Assembly: GCF_009914755.1 (NCBI RefSeq)
Contig: NC_060944.1
Source: the human T2T-CHM13v2.0 reference genome, Homo sapiens
DNA: 64,000 nucleotides
Reading direction: 5' to 3' (one strand)
A program made the position numbers and the translations under genes. The notes under the pieces were generated by a model, which did not search any database, was not told the origin of the DNA, and saw nothing but the letters and a program-made list of their open reading frames with translations. Positions 29,997-44,865 of the stretch are shown in pieces. Every line of letters begins with the position of its first letter. The first letter of the stretch is position 1.

Positions 29997-31260
29997 CATG
30001 AATGATTAGATGGAGGGTTGAATAAATGGATAAATTGATGCATGGATGGTTGGTGAATGAATGAATGGATAAATGGATTTAATGAAATTAGGATGGATGG
30101 CTGATGTTACTGATAAATGAATGGTGGGCAAGTGAATGATTAGTTAGATGAATGAACAAATAAATGGACAACTGGATTGGATATACGTACGGATAGAAAG
30201 ATAGATAGACAGACAGATAAATAAGTACATACATACATACATTGTGAGTGAATGGATGACCAAAGTGATGGATTGGTGGATGAACACAAAGATGTATTAA
30301 TGAATGAATGGAAAGATGAATGCGTAAATAGATGGACGTTATGGTAGGCAGAATAATGGACCCCCAAAGATGTTCATATCTTAATTACTGAAACTTTTAA
30401 TATGCTAGATTGCATGGCAAAAAAGAATTAAGGTTGCTAATCATTTTATCTTGAGATGGGTGAGATTACCCTGGATTATCTGTGTGGGCCCAGTGTAATC
30501 CCAAGGCTCCTTATAAGTACAAGTGGAGCAGAAGGGACAGAGTCAGAGAGAGATGTGAAGATGCTATGCTGCTGGCTTTGAAGTTGGAGGAAGAGGCGAT
30601 GAGACCAGGAATGCAGGCAAGCTCAAGCAGGAAAAGTCAAGAAAACAGATTCACCCCTACAGCCTCCAGAAGGAATACAGTTCTGTCAACACTTTGGTTT
30701 TGGCCCCTTCAGACACATTTTAGGCTTCTGACCTCTAGAAGTAAAAGATAATAAATCTTTATTGTCTTAAGCCACTAAGTTTGTGGTAATTTGTCACCAC
30801 AGCAATAGAAATGATTGAATACATTAATGGGTAAATAAATGGATGGAAGATAGATGAATACTTGGATGATTAAATGGATGAATGATAAATGGATAAACAC
30901 ATGGTTGGGTGATGGAGAGAATGGAGGAATAGATACATGAATAAATGATTGGTTGGCTAGAGGAAGGAATAAGTGAATACATGGATACATGGATGGAGAA
31001 ATGAATAGATAGACTCATGGGTAAATGAAAGAATAGGTGGGTGGATTGATGGATAAATGGATATATTCGCACACAGAGAGATAAAATGTGTTAGATGTAT
31101 AGATACATGGAGGGATGGTTGTCTGGTGGATTGGTAGACAAATACATGGATTGATTATTGGTATGATGAATGATTAAATAGATATATGAATGGGTAATCA
31201 GTGAATACATAAATAAGTAGATACTTGGTTAGAGATATGATTAGATAGATGGGTATTTAC
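29997..31260. repeat. Degenerate (TGGA/TGAA/TAGA)n low-complexity tract interrupted by an LTR
   Basis: Recurrent GATGGA/TGAATG/TAGA units on both sides of the LTR. Confidence 0.85.
30340..30823 (+). mobile_element. MLT1C/D-like MaLR solo LTR
   Basis: TGGTAGGCAGAATAATGGACCCCCAAAGATGT...AAGCCACTAAGTTTGTGGTAATTTGT. Confidence 0.88.
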
Positions 31261-31298
31261 GTGTGTATATATGCATAAATACATAAAAAGCCTTTCAT

Positions 31299-31950
<652 letters not shown>

Positions 31951-32119
31951 AGTATCTCATGCTTAGAGACAAACACTATCTTTGACATGAAATGTGGATA
32001 TGCTGGAGATTAGGGGAGTTTCCAGTTAGGAAAGGAGACATCCAGATAAACTGTAAATTGTGTGTAAAGCTCTGAACGTGGACTAAGCCTCCATTCTCCA
32101 GGATGAACCAGTTAAAACA

Positions 32120-32465
32120 AGGGACCTTTGCACTTGATGGTTTCTCTATCTGGAATATAATACTCTTCCTTTAAGTAATTAACTTCTAATTCCCTGCATC
32201 ACAGCACAAGCATTGCTTTCTCAAAGGAGCCTTACTAAATATACTCTTATAGTATTGTGTACCTTTGCTTTGGAGCGCTTATTAAATTAGTAGTTTTGCC
32301 TTTATTTGTATGTTCATGTGATTAGTAACCATCTCCTCTATTAGACTATGAGCTGCATAAGGACAGAGATCAAAATATTTTTGCCTACCATTTTCTCCCC
32401 ATCTCTTAGGTCATACCTGGCACATGGAAAAGTACCCACTCAGCACTTTTTTGAATGAATGAAAA
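32120..32465. mobile_element. L2 3' fragment
   Basis: TTAGACTATGAGCTGCATAAGGACAGAGA...CCTGGCACATGG...TTGAATGAATGAA. Confidence 0.7.
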
Positions 32466-32989
32466 CCTTCCTGTGGCATTCCCACTCAGGAAAGATCCTG
32501 ATGGGTTGCTAGGGCATTATTAATACTATGGCAATGAAGTCTGGCTTTCCTGATGGAAGACTTTGACAGGGAGAGTATTTCTCCTAAATGGAAAAGCCAA
32601 CCAGCAGGTTCAGGACTCCCTCTTCCTAGAGTCCCCTCTGCCTCCAGAGAGACCAGAGCCCCTGTCTCTGGGCCAGGTCAACCAACTCTTTGCTTTCACT
32701 CAGATCCTCCTCACTTGGCTGTCCTTGAACCAGCATCCTCTCTGACTTGACGAGGTTCTAGCCATCTCCCATCCTGAACTCCGTCAGTTCCAGCTCCAGC
32801 CACCTGCCCCTGCCTTGCTCTAGGCTGGTAGATTCGGAAACCCTACCTCTTACCAAAGGCTAGCACATCCTCTTCTGTCACTCTGATCATCCTTCTCTTT
32901 TCTCATCTCCAGTTAGTTTCACTTTGATCTTTTCAGTTATCTGCTAGACTTCAGTTTGAGTTTTGTGATCTGTTCTTCCCTTCTGTACC

Positions 32990-33215
32990 CAGCACACTAG
33001 GGATCTAAGAGAACTGCACTCAAATCCCAACTCTGCATGAACTAGCTGTGTGCCCTTGAGCGAGTTACTTAACCTTTCTGACTCTCAATTTCCTAATTCA
33101 TGAAATGGATGCAATAAATCTATGTCCCTGGGTGGTTAGAGGGGATTAAACAAGATGATACACATGAAGCATCTCGCACAGTGACTGGCAACAGTAGGTG
33201 ATAATCAATTATTAA
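32990..33215 (+). mobile_element. MIR
   Basis: CAAATCCCAACTCTGC...AGTTACTTAACCTTTCTGACTCTCAATTTCCT. Confidence 0.8.
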
Positions 33216-34035
33216 TTTCCTTTCTTTCTTCCTAGGTTTGTCTCTCTTACTTCTTCCTGCAGCACAATAGCAATCTCTCTTTCTATTTTTCCCTTTTCTG
33301 TCTACAGAATGTTTTCTAGCCCTCATAAAAATAGCAGCACATGAAATGAAATTGCACAGTATTTTTATATCTTCCAAATAACTCAATTCAATTATAGACT
33401 GGTCAATTTTAGTTATTTGAGCATTACCAAAGCATCTGAAACTGGTAAATAAAGTTCTGTATTCACATTCAGAAATTAAAGAGCTAAATGGATACTTTGG
33501 AGAAGCATAAAGGAAAGATACTTTCCTTGAGGCTTAAGACCTTATATGGAATGTGTCAGCCTAAAGCTAATCCTTCTGGCTAGAAGACAATGCACAGGAA
33601 ACCCTTATAGTTTAAATTCAACACAGCCGCAATGAAGCTAGTGGAAGAATGAAGGCTCACATTTTCTGGGAAGAGGAATTTGGCAGGAGGTCCCTGTGTG
33701 TTATCCACAGAGTCCTCACGTGCATGATTTAGTGCAGGAGATCTGAAAATTCAGAGAGAAAGGGAGAAGTTAATGGGAAAGAGGTTATCAACTTATTACT
33801 GGGATGGTTACTAGAATAATTGGATAATAGTTTGAAGCTCCCTAAACTAAATGGAGATTTCAAGACAGGGTCATAATCAAATATTACAAATGCAAGCACA
33901 TAAGAAAGCAGACAGTCCAGGGTTCAAATACGGGCAGCACCAGTTTCTCGACTTTATAATTTTGGTAAAGTTACTCCATCTCTCTGGGCCCCTGTTTCTT
34001 CATGTGTAAATTAGGAACTAAGATTGTATACATCA

Positions 34036-34338
<303 letters not shown>

Positions 34339-34999
34339 AGATCGTATACATTACAGAAGTGTGTGGCTGTTGAACAGTTCATTAAATGCACCAGGAACAG
34401 TGTTGGGCACCTAGCAAGTACTTAATTAGGGGGTAGGGTTGATTCTGAATTATTATTAGTTATGGAGTTTCTGGCACATTTACCTTCACAGCTTATTATT
34501 GAGAAAGGTATTTGCACAGTAATGGAAATGTTGGGGGAATTATCTCTAAGAAAAGGTGGTAAGACTAACATTTCTCAGCAAGGTCTGGGTGAATTACAGC
34601 CTAGAGTCTGGCTATCAGACTTATAGCTCAAAAACCTGATTTTTTTCAGTACTGAGAAGAGATCTATCTCTAGGGCAGATTCATACTAATCAAATTCATT
34701 AGGCCAATGTTTTAACCAGATCATAGTCAATTAATTTCCAATGAGAAATACAGCTTTTGAAAGGACCAGAATACTCAGGTCAGTGTGATCATTTTCTCCC
34801 TGGGCTCATACCTATTGGGAAGCCAAATCTTCAAAGACAAACTACATAATATAAAACTTAGAGCTAGAGAAGTGAGACTTAAGAGATCTAAATGTAAAGT
34901 GGGTTCAGTCTAAGCTAGCCCAAGCCAGACATCTCATATTAGGGATAGCCTTTCCCACACTGTATATTGTGAAACTTTAGCCTCTTTGCCAAGCCAAAA

Positions 35000-35280
35000 A
35001 TGGAAAACATTCATTGATGATTTTGACTGCATAAAAAAATTTTAACTTCTATACAGCCAAAATAACATAAACAAAGTCAAAAGACAAATGACAAACTAGA
35101 AAAATATTTATAACACATAGGTCAATCAAAAGGTTAAAATCAAATACATAAAGAGCTTTTTTTAAAAATTGGTGAAAATTTTTTATGCACCGATTAAAAA
35201 AAGACTAACACTGTGTCAGAAAAATGAACAAAAGGTAGGTATGAGTAATTTACAGAAAAAGAATACAAATGATTTATCAG
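35000..35280 (+). mobile_element. Old L1M ORF2 fragment
   Basis: CATAAACAAAGTCAAAAGACAAATGACAAACTAGAAAAATATTT pattern. Confidence 0.65.
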
Positions 35281-35649
35281 TTGTGCAAGGAAGCACACTG
35301 CACTTACAGTGAAATGCTTGATAAACTTTGTCAAGCTGATAAATGGAAGTTATATTTTATTATTGTTACAATTCACCAATTTGGTTAATGAAATTTATAT
35401 GTGTATGGCTGTGTATTTTTATGTATGTGATATTAAATTTGTAATATGATTAATAGCTATTAATATATATTTTTATTAATTACATCTATCTTTTGCCTAT
35501 TGCTCTATTGGGCTATTCTTCCTCTTATTGATTAAAAGAGCTCTTTATATATTCAGGTATTAACCCATTATGCATGTTAAATAAAGCCTCCTCCCCTTCT
35601 CTGGGCTTCTTGAGGCAGGTTCATGGGAGAGAAGCAGAAGATAATTCCC

Positions 35650-35860
35650 TTTAAATGAACATCCAATATGTACCAGATTCTTTCACATGGATTATCTCAT
35701 TTGTCCTTAAAACATTCCTAGGGAGCAGGTGCTGTGATTCCTACTTTATAGCTGAGGACCCAGTGGCTCAGAGAAACTGAGTAACTTGCTTAAGGACATA
35801 CAGCTAGTAAGCTGTATTTGAACTCTGAACCTAAAAATGTGCTCTTTCCTCTTGGTCATG
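35650..35860 (-). mobile_element. MIR
   Basis: CTACTTTATAGCTGAGG...GGCTCAGAGA...AGTAACTTGCTTAAGG...ACAGCTAGTAAG. Confidence 0.75.
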
Positions 35861-36595
35861 CAAGTGGCTTCCCAGAAGGCTCCCAGCTCTTTTGACCATC
35901 ACCTAATCTCTACTACAACATCTGGGGACCCAGTTGATGTTGCCCCAGATCATACCTGAACCAATACCAACTGGGCAGGGGCTCCATCAGAAGCAATGGG
36001 TAGGTTAAAGTTAGTCATACTGCCCTTGTTCCAGCATCCTGTGTGTTTGGGGTTGAGTCCTGGACATCTGAGTACCCACTGAAATGCAATTCCCTCTTAT
36101 TTTTTGCTTAGTTTCCCTCTCTGCCTGAGGTCAGACCAGATTTTCCTCTTACACTTAAAAAAAAAAAAGGAACTCAAACTAAACAGCAGCAAACCATCTC
36201 CCCTCCTTAAGAGGAGGAATTGTAATTTGATTGGTTTAAGTGCTAGGTGGGATCACTAAAACCATATCCAGGAATAAGGTCTTTTCTTCTGCCTGCTGTC
36301 AACATCTGCAGCATTTGCACTCAATGTATTAGTCCCACCCAGTTACCTACAGTGCCCCAAATAGGCTTTGCTCTAACACGCCTCCATGCCTATGTATGGA
36401 CTACTCTTTCCCACCTAGCAAATGCTTTTACCTCCTTCAAGTTCCATCTCACCTCTGCTATGGAGAACCCTCAGACCCTCCTTTCCACTGTGAAGGACCC
36501 CCAGGCCCTGCTTTGAAAAAAGGCAGAGTTAAGTCCTCTTCATCTGTGCTCCACAGCTTCTGTGCTCACCTCTGCCACTGCCTTGACCATGTTTT

Positions 36596-36902
36596 TGTTG
36601 TTGATGTTTGTTTTTTAGAGACAGGGTATTGCCCTGTCACCTAGCTGGAGTCGGCTCCATCATAGCTGACTGAAGCCTCAAATTCCTAGTCTCAAGCAGT
36701 CCTCCTGCCTCAGCCTCCTGAGTAGCTGGTACTACACAGGCACACTACCACACCTGGCTTTTTTTTTTTTTTTTTTTTTTGTAAAGACGGAGTCTCCCAT
36801 GTTTCCCAGGCTGGTCTCAAACTCCTGGGCACAAATAAGTGATCCTCCTGCCTCGGGCTCCCAAAGCACTGGGATTACAAGCATGAGCCACCATGCCCGG
36901 CC
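36596..36902 (-). mobile_element. AluJ-type SINE
   Basis: TSD CCTTGACCATGTTTT at 36581-36595 and 36903-36917. Confidence 0.92.
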
Positions 36903-38554
36903 CCTTGACCATGTTTTGTGGTAGTTTCTGTTTAATGTGTCTGGGGGATTCCCCACTGAACTCAAGCAGGGATTTCCTTCAGAGCAGGAGCCATAATCAA
37001 CCATCTCTTCATCTCCGGAGCCCAGCACAGGATAATGAATGGATGAGGATGCCTCTGAGTCTGAGGTCTCTCCTTCCCACCTAGCCTATGCCCAGACTCA
37101 CAGAGCTGGTTTCTGCTTTGTATCTCACTTTGATTTGCTTGTCTGAGTAATTTGCTTCCTTCCCCAGCTCTCTAGAAAGATTGCTTCCATCTCAATCTTG
37201 CTATGAGGGCCCAAATACTTCTTGATTTGTATCACCTGCTTCTGGTCTCCTTATCACTATTTCTGGCTGCCTGTTGGGAGAATCTTGAAGCCTGGGCTTC
37301 AGTGACAACACTGTAACCTCTTAAACACTTTCTGAGCTGGTAGAGTTCTCACAGCCCCTGTCCTGTTCCTGGAGTAAGTACAGGACCAGGCCCTAACCCT
37401 CCCAGCCCTCTCTATGGTCTTATGGGCATGAGGCCAGGCCTCTTCATGACCGTAAGACTCAAACCTTTGTTCCAGCTTCACTCCTATCAGTCTGCCCCTC
37501 CTACACCACTCCAGGCACGCAGAAGGCAAATCAGCTGAGTCACTCTCGGCCAGGAGTTCTGCAGCATCACAAGAGAAATCAACAGAGCAGGAGGAAATTG
37601 GCTTATTTCACAGAGAGGCACTTGGAGCAACCAGGCAGCCCAAAGCCCCTGGGAAGCCAGGCAAAGGACCACCTAGGTCATAACTGCATCCTCTCTGCTG
37701 TTGTCACTCTTTGGAGAAAAGTGTTTTCAGGACCCAGTCCTCAGACCCATTCACACCTGAGCCAACTCCATCAGAGGAGAGGGAGGATGGGACCTTACCA
37801 GGCTATGGGGTCTCGAAGGTGAGCTGCTGGAGCAAGGGATGGAGGACTAGTAAGACTGTTTGTTCTAAACTCTAGGGGAAGGATGTTTGAAGGTTGTTGC
37901 TGAGTTAGTCTTTAGAAACTTACTGACACTCACCTTGGCCAGCCCCAAAGATTACTGAGACATAATTCCTGCCCCAGATGGCTCATAGTCTAGCAAAAGA
38001 GGATGTTAAAGCTTTCTAGGTTGGGATCTTGTAGAGGAAAGAAAATACAAGTAGAGACAGAGAAGTACAAACAAAGCCCGCTGGTGTGGAGTGTAGTTGA
38101 AGGGAGAGTGCATTGGCCAGAGAGTTGGAAGAGCTGATTTCATTTTTTGAAATACGTATTGAGAAGTTCAGATAGTTGCGGTACGATGGGAGTGGAAGGA
38201 GATGAGGCTGGAGAGGTAGGTTACAAGAGGGGACTTGGTTTGGAAGACCACGTCTCTACAGTGGAACATTTACTGAGTTAAGGAACACAGGTTGAGCAAG
38301 CAGACCTGTGAGTGAAGATGACATGCTTAGGTTTGCCCAAGTTGAGGCTGAAATGCAGAGTGGGCTCCATTCGCTCTGTGTTTGCCACATCCTTAGTCTT
38401 TCTGAGGAAGGTGGCTCTAGACCTATAGTCCTCATACAGGACTCTCTATGAATAGTAATCAGCAGATTTAATCACATCCTCGTTTGGGAAGTTTGGATCT
38501 AAGAGATAAACAGCAGAATGGCCTGGAAGTTGAGAGAAATGCAGAAAATGGGAT

Positions 38555-38851
<297 letters not shown>

Positions 38852-38854
38852 CTA

Positions 38855-39108
38855 TGGGGTTTTTCTCGTGCTGTTCTTGTGATAGTGAATAAGTCTCATG
38901 AGATCTGATGGTTTTATAAATGGCAGCACCCCTGCACGTGCTCTTTTGCCTGCTGCCTCCTAAGACATGCCTTTGTTCTTCCTTCGCCTTCTGCCATGAT
39001 CGTGAGGCCTCCCCAGCCATGTAGAACTGAGCCCATTAAACCTCTTTGCTTTATAAATTACCCAGTCTTGGGGATGTCCTTATAGCAGCATGAGAACGGA
39101 CTAATACA
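38855..39108 (+). mobile_element. 3' portion of a THE1-type MaLR LTR
   Basis: GTGAATAAGTCTCATGAGATCTGATGGTTTTATAAA...ATAAATTACCCAGTCT...GACTAATACA. Confidence 0.88.
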
Positions 39109-39569
39109 GATACTTAGTAGCCAAAAATAGTAAATATCCTCTTCTGAGATCAGTTAGGTCTCCCTCCAGCCTAGGTCAATAAAATCCTTCACATTATTCA
39201 ATCCAGCACAATCAGAGGCCAGAACCTCAGAGAAAGAAAGTGTGCATTGTTTGGGCTTATTCTCTGGGCTCATATTTCTTTCAAAGGCTTGGGGAGAAGG
39301 GATGGGCAGTAGTCGCTGTGGCAGGACAGGTTTCAGATCTCAGGAATTTTGGGCATCCTCCAAATTCCATTATCCCCAACAAGACTCAACTCATCACAGT
39401 TGGCAAACAACCCTGGCCAAGACAGCTCCAAGTTGAGAACTGAAGGGTGAGTAGCTGATAGGCAAGTGAGGGGAGGTGGTTAGAATATTCTAGGATATGC
39501 GAAGGCTTGATGCATTTGGGTAACTGAAATCGATTCCATATGGCTGGGAAGGTAAGCACAGGAAATACT

Positions 39570-40110
39570 GGGATGCCATGAACTAGAGAGGAAGGTGTCT
39601 TAGGGAGTTTGGATTTTATACTGAGGACAGAGGGATGCCATTGATGTGCTTTAATCTGGGGAATATTAGTTTCATGATGATGACGGCTTTGTTTTGCTCA
39701 CTACCATATCCCTAGCACCTAACACTCCATAGGTACTCAGCAAACAACTGGAAATGAATGAACGGATGACTGCTGTGCAGAAAATGTGTCCAGAATAATC
39801 AGTGAGGAGGTGACTATGTAGTCCAAATATTAAATCACAGGTGACCTGGGCTGTGGGGATGAAGAGAAGTGCACAGATTCATGGCATGTTTGGGAGGTAG
39901 AATAAATTACATGCTGGTACGGGCATAGTGATGCTGATGGTGGGAAGTGTGGTATCAAGGATGAGATCCTGGTTTCTAACATAACAACTGAATAGCTGAA
40001 GGTATCATTACCTGAGATACAAATGACTGGAGGGGTAGGTCAACGGTAGAGTAACAAATTCATGTGCCAACACATTTAGCTTTAGGTGTCCATGGAACAT
40101 CCAAGTGGAG
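39570..40110. mobile_element. L2 fragments
   Basis: GGAGTTTGGATTTTATACTGAGG...CATCCAAGTGGAG pattern. Confidence 0.55.
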
Positions 40111-41227
40111 GCTTCAGCTGTTGCCAGTCTTTGCCCTGGAGAAGCACACCTAGACCCAGATGGATCACAGGTGGAGCTTTAGCCTCCCCTCTGGAGAGCA
40201 ATGCCAGGGTCTGTGCCAGCAGGGGCACCTGAGCCCAGTGTGCTGGGACCCTGACCCAGTCTCTGCTCTTGAGTCTGCCATTCAATATCTGTGAGTATGC
40301 ATTATCAAGGGCCTACTCTGTGCCTTCTCCTGACATTCCCCGCTCCCCCTCCCATTCCTAGACTCATCATTTCATTAGTACTGTAGGGAGGATGGCCAGC
40401 ATTGCTTTGATGAGGACTGAGCCTGAACACTGCACCAGAACTGCTTTCTCAGAATTATATAAGCTAGGACAGAATGCAGGAGCCTCGATTTCAGACAGCA
40501 CAGACTGACAAAATGGAGTGCTCAGATCATGTTGTCTTGCTTGTGTAGTTAAAATAGCAAAACTAAACTAAAACAAATCGCCTAACAAAAATGTTTATTT
40601 ATACACATTCTAACACCTTAGATAAGAAAAAGAATCCTGTTTTATCATTGCACTGTTGTCATGTCACTGCGTCACTCCCCCTTCTCTGGGCTCTGATGTG
40701 AGGCCAGTCTGCCTTACAGTCATCAGCAGCAAGGAAATTACAGAAGAGAAGGCAGAAGGGTTGGGGAAGAACTTGGTGATTTGAGTTCGTAAGTCACCAA
40801 GTGGTAACTGCCCTGTTTCTTCTCTCGTGTCTCTGGGGCCTGGATGTTTGGGGGTGCTGGGCATTGCTTCTGCCTGTGAAACTGCAGTTTTGGGGTTACT
40901 GTATCCCTTCTCCCTACAAATTTCTGTACAATTTATGAGTACAAGACAGTGTCATCAACACAAACAGTAAAGAAAGAAACAGTCCTGTTGATTACATAGA
41001 GAGCACGATCAAGATACAAAGCGTTTTCTAGTCGAGAAGACTTCCCTATTGTGTTTTGTGTGATAATATATAATTTATCACACAAATTTAATAATTTAAT
41101 AAGGAATTAAAATTGTGCATACCTTTTGAACCTTGATATACACATATTACATGCTATTTATTTAAATGCTAAAATCGTTTTATTCTAAACATTAAATAAT
41201 ACTTTAGCAAATATAATTTAAATAATG

Positions 41228-41745
41228 AGGCAGGTGCTGTCCGCATTCTGTGTCCTCTCAGATCCGTTCCCTGTCCTCCTTCTGCTTTGCTCTGTGCCAC
41301 AGTGAGACCGACCTCCCAGCCTCCTTTCTTGGGCTCCTCTGCCAGCTGGGTTACAGCTAGCTTGAACATGGGAGGCAAGAGATGGGAGGACAGGAAGAAA
41401 GGAGACCCCCAGGTGTTTCTCCCCGCCTCTGCCACAGGTGGCATCTTCAGCAGTTGCTGCATCTTCTTCTTGACTCCAGCTCTCATCAGATGTGCTTACC
41501 ATGGTCCCAGTTTGCTCCAGTGACCCTAAACCCTGAGCACCAGTAACATCACCTCCTTTTGTCCTTACAGCCTAGGGCTGGTAGGGGTTTCTGCTATTGC
41601 TAAGCTCTGAGTTGCTTCACCATCTTCAGTTTGGCTTATCAGCTCTTCTGTCACTTGGAAACCCAAATCTCAGCATTAAATTGCCTGTTTTCAATACTTT
41701 GAATGGTTCTGTTTTCCATTCTGTTGAACCCTGCCTCATAAATGC
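41228..41745 (+). mobile_element. ERVL LTR (LTR33/LTR16-like)
   Basis: GGCTCCTCTGCCAGCTGGGTT...CAGCCTAGGGCTGGTAG...ATTAAA...GGTTCTGTTTTCC pattern. Confidence 0.5.
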
Positions 41746-41984
41746 AGTGTTATTTAAAAGGGATCACGGATGGAGGATTTTTGTTATTTAAACTGAGAAT
41801 GGCCACTTTCTGAAAGAAGGTGCAAGGAATCAGAAGCCAAAGTTTGCCTGGATCTTGTAGGAATATGGCGGGGGGCGGGGGTTGGGGGAGGATCTTGAGC
41901 TTCCTGGCTTTAAAATTAACAGCTTTGGGGAAAGGATACCCAGGTGGCAGAGAACGATGGTGAAAGGGCCATCCCTATCCAGTA

Positions 41985-42350
41985 GTACTCTTTGGTGTCT
42001 AAGAGACAGACTTAGGCTAACTTAAGCAAAAAGGGATTTATTGGAAGACTATAAGAAAAGTCACAGAATTGTAAAGAAAGCTGAATAGGTCAGCTTTTGG
42101 AAAGAGGAAAAAGGGCATCTCAGGGATCTAGGGAGTAGGAATTAGCAGTCCTTTTAGGAAGCTTGGATGGAGTAGCTGTACTATAAGGTCATCACTTTCA
42201 TTCCTGGATCATTCTGCTCAAGATTCAAAATCCAGAGAGGGAAAGGGTCCAATGGGTTCAGCATAAATTAAGTGCTTGCTATTGCCCAGGGGAGAGCAGG
42301 ACCCCGAGGTTATGTGCAATGCAGGCAGAGATTCCCCCCAAAGAAAGAAC
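41985..42350 (-). mobile_element. Old MLT1-like LTR
   Basis: GGCTAACTTAAGCAAAAAGGGATTTATTGGAAG. Confidence 0.55.
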
Positions 42351-43189
42351 AGCTTGAAAACTGTGCTATTTGCACCCTGGGCCTACCATAAAAATCAGAA
42401 GTAGGGAATGAAGAAATGGCCCAAGGCAAGTAGAATAATCTTCCTCTACAGCCAAGAAACTAGCCAAGAACCCAAATGGTGGTTAATCTAAGGATCCAGT
42501 GGCTATACCTTGAGACACTGGCTGGGGCCCAGATGATCCATGTGGACTTGCTTCCACTTTTGTGCCAAAGACAGCTCTGCCTGCCCCCAAGTAACTTGGG
42601 ACCCAACAGGACTAAACCAGTCAATTCTGGGGATGGATGAGATGGGGATGCAGTGGGGGGGACAGATCCTCAGACAGGAGGCCAAAGCGTAGGACAGGGA
42701 TAGAACCTACTCACTTTGTTCTTAGGGTATGTTAGAGGATAACATTTGTTTGTACTCAGAGCTCTTTAGCAAAGAGTTATTTAACATGCGATGTCATTGT
42801 CCCTGAAAGCCACACTCAAGAAGCACCCAAGGGCCCTGGTCAATAAAAAAAAATCTTATCTTCACTCTCTATGGTGGAATTGTTGGGCGAAAGCAATGAC
42901 AGCATGAAAGGGATTACGAATGTTTTACTGGGATCAAGTGGGTATCAGCTGTGCCCACACATGGGGGTATGGCATGTCTGGGTATGTCTGTATTGAGCTT
43001 GCCAACCAGACATCAGTTTGCATAAGGGCTTCTTGGGAGAAAACTCACCCTTAACCAAAAGGAAACCAGAGAACAAGCTAACCTAGTAAATGGGGCCCTC
43101 GTCTTGGGCAATTCTAGTTCAAAGAGGAGACTTCCATTCAGATTTGTGTTCAGTAGGCACATGTCTGAATCTTAAGGTGGTGGTGGAGG

Positions 43190-43230
43190 AGGGAGACAGA
43201 GAGGGGAGACACACACACACACACACACAC

Positions 43231-43261
<31 letters not shown>

Positions 43262-43270
43262 AAGGGGAGG
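43190..43270. repeat. Compound (CA)n(GA)n microsatellite
   Basis: Direct reading. Confidence 0.92.
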
Positions 43271-44670
43271 GATATAATAAATTCTGAAATTTGAAAAATG
43301 AAAACATGCTATAAGTGGGAAAATTGGAAGAGTTGCCACACTAGATACTTGGTCAAGCCCTGCCTTCAAGCAGTTCAGCTGTGGATCTGTCATTGATTCT
43401 CAAGGCCTGGCATCTTGTGTATCTCAGCATTTTTGGCAGTGTCTGGAAGAAGAGAGCATAACTGAGCAGATGCAGCTGTGCTCACTGGAGCGTGGGTGGA
43501 GCCAAAGAAGAATATACCTGCAAAGCTTTCAGGATCACCTCCCAGGCTTGTAAATACGTGGGCCCCTGAATTATCTGTTGTGAGGCTGTTATCTAGAAGC
43601 AGGGGTTTGGGGTTTGAAGCTAGGGTCGAGAACCATCAGAATACAAAGTACTGGAGAAAGAACATTCCAGGCAGAGGGAATGGCAGGGCATGGAGATCTT
43701 AATAGCCTGAATACGTCTTGTAGTACAGGCCCAGTTACTCTCATTTGAAAAATGTCTAGCCATCTTCATCTCGGTGGTGAATCTGCAGTGGAACTACCTT
43801 GGCTGGTACTTGCATCCATGTTAAAGAAGCCCAGTTTTTTAAAGGCTGAGTATGTGGTTCAACCTGGGGGCCGGCTGGCCTCTCTCCCTCCTTCTGAATG
43901 CTTCCCTTCCTTCCTTTGTCTGTGTCCCTTTCTCTTTCCCTCATCAGTCCTTTTCTTCTGTAAGACCAGTGCTTTGCAGTAGCTACCTTCAGGAAAGCTG
44001 ATGGTTCATGCCTTCCAGGAGAGAAAGTTCACAAATTGCAACATGGTTTTGTTTTTGTTTTTTGTTTTAAAGCTGAGCAGCAGGATCACAGAACCTGCAG
44101 GTTTGCTGTCTGCTCAGCAGGACAAAGAGAGCAGAGAGAGGAACATGAAAACCAAGCGGACCAGAAGAAAGGAAAACATGAAGGAGGCTCATTTAAAGGG
44201 GGAGGAGACTTTGCTTAAGATGCTGGCTTGGGGGAGGGTGACTGCACCAAACATGTGCTGTTTCCAGGGTCCAGATGGTGTCATTTGCCCTGCAAAACAA
44301 GTAATAGACAACATGATTTTGATGCTCAGAAATAAATCTGTGAGTAAGTCATTTGGGGGAAATGATGCCCATGGCTGTTATACTCACAACAGAAGAGATT
44401 CAACTACATTTGAAAACAACTGCCCTGCCTTGCTGGCCTCTAGTTCATTTAAATGCTGTATTTACATTGTTACCAGCTGTATTTGCACAGCTAGAACTTC
44501 CACCTGCTTGATAATTTACTTAAGGTACATATTGTATTTACATGATATAGACCAGAGTAGGGAAACTGGTCATACCTGTTTGGGGCTGGAAAGAGCAGCA
44601 GCTCATCTGAAATTTTCATCTTGGCAGACCCACTGCCTTTGCTATAGGTGCTGGCACATAGTAAATACTG

Positions 44671-44672
<2 letters not shown>

Positions 44673-44719
<47 letters not shown>
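44673..44719. repeat. (TAA)n microsatellite
   Basis: About 15 perfect units. Confidence 0.95.
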
Positions 44720-44865
44720 GTTAACTCTCATGGAATGCTTTAAGGTATGGAGAGTTTCTATAACTTACCCACAGTTAAACAGCTATTCATGTACTAAAGC
44801 CAGCATCTGAACCCAGGCTGGATCTGGATGTTTTAGTACTGGTTGTTCTTCAGCATAAAGACCCC

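Noticed and set aside
40216-40228. CTCF-like CCAGCAGGGGCAC
   Set aside because: One G short of the core spacing, so the key GGC is out of register.
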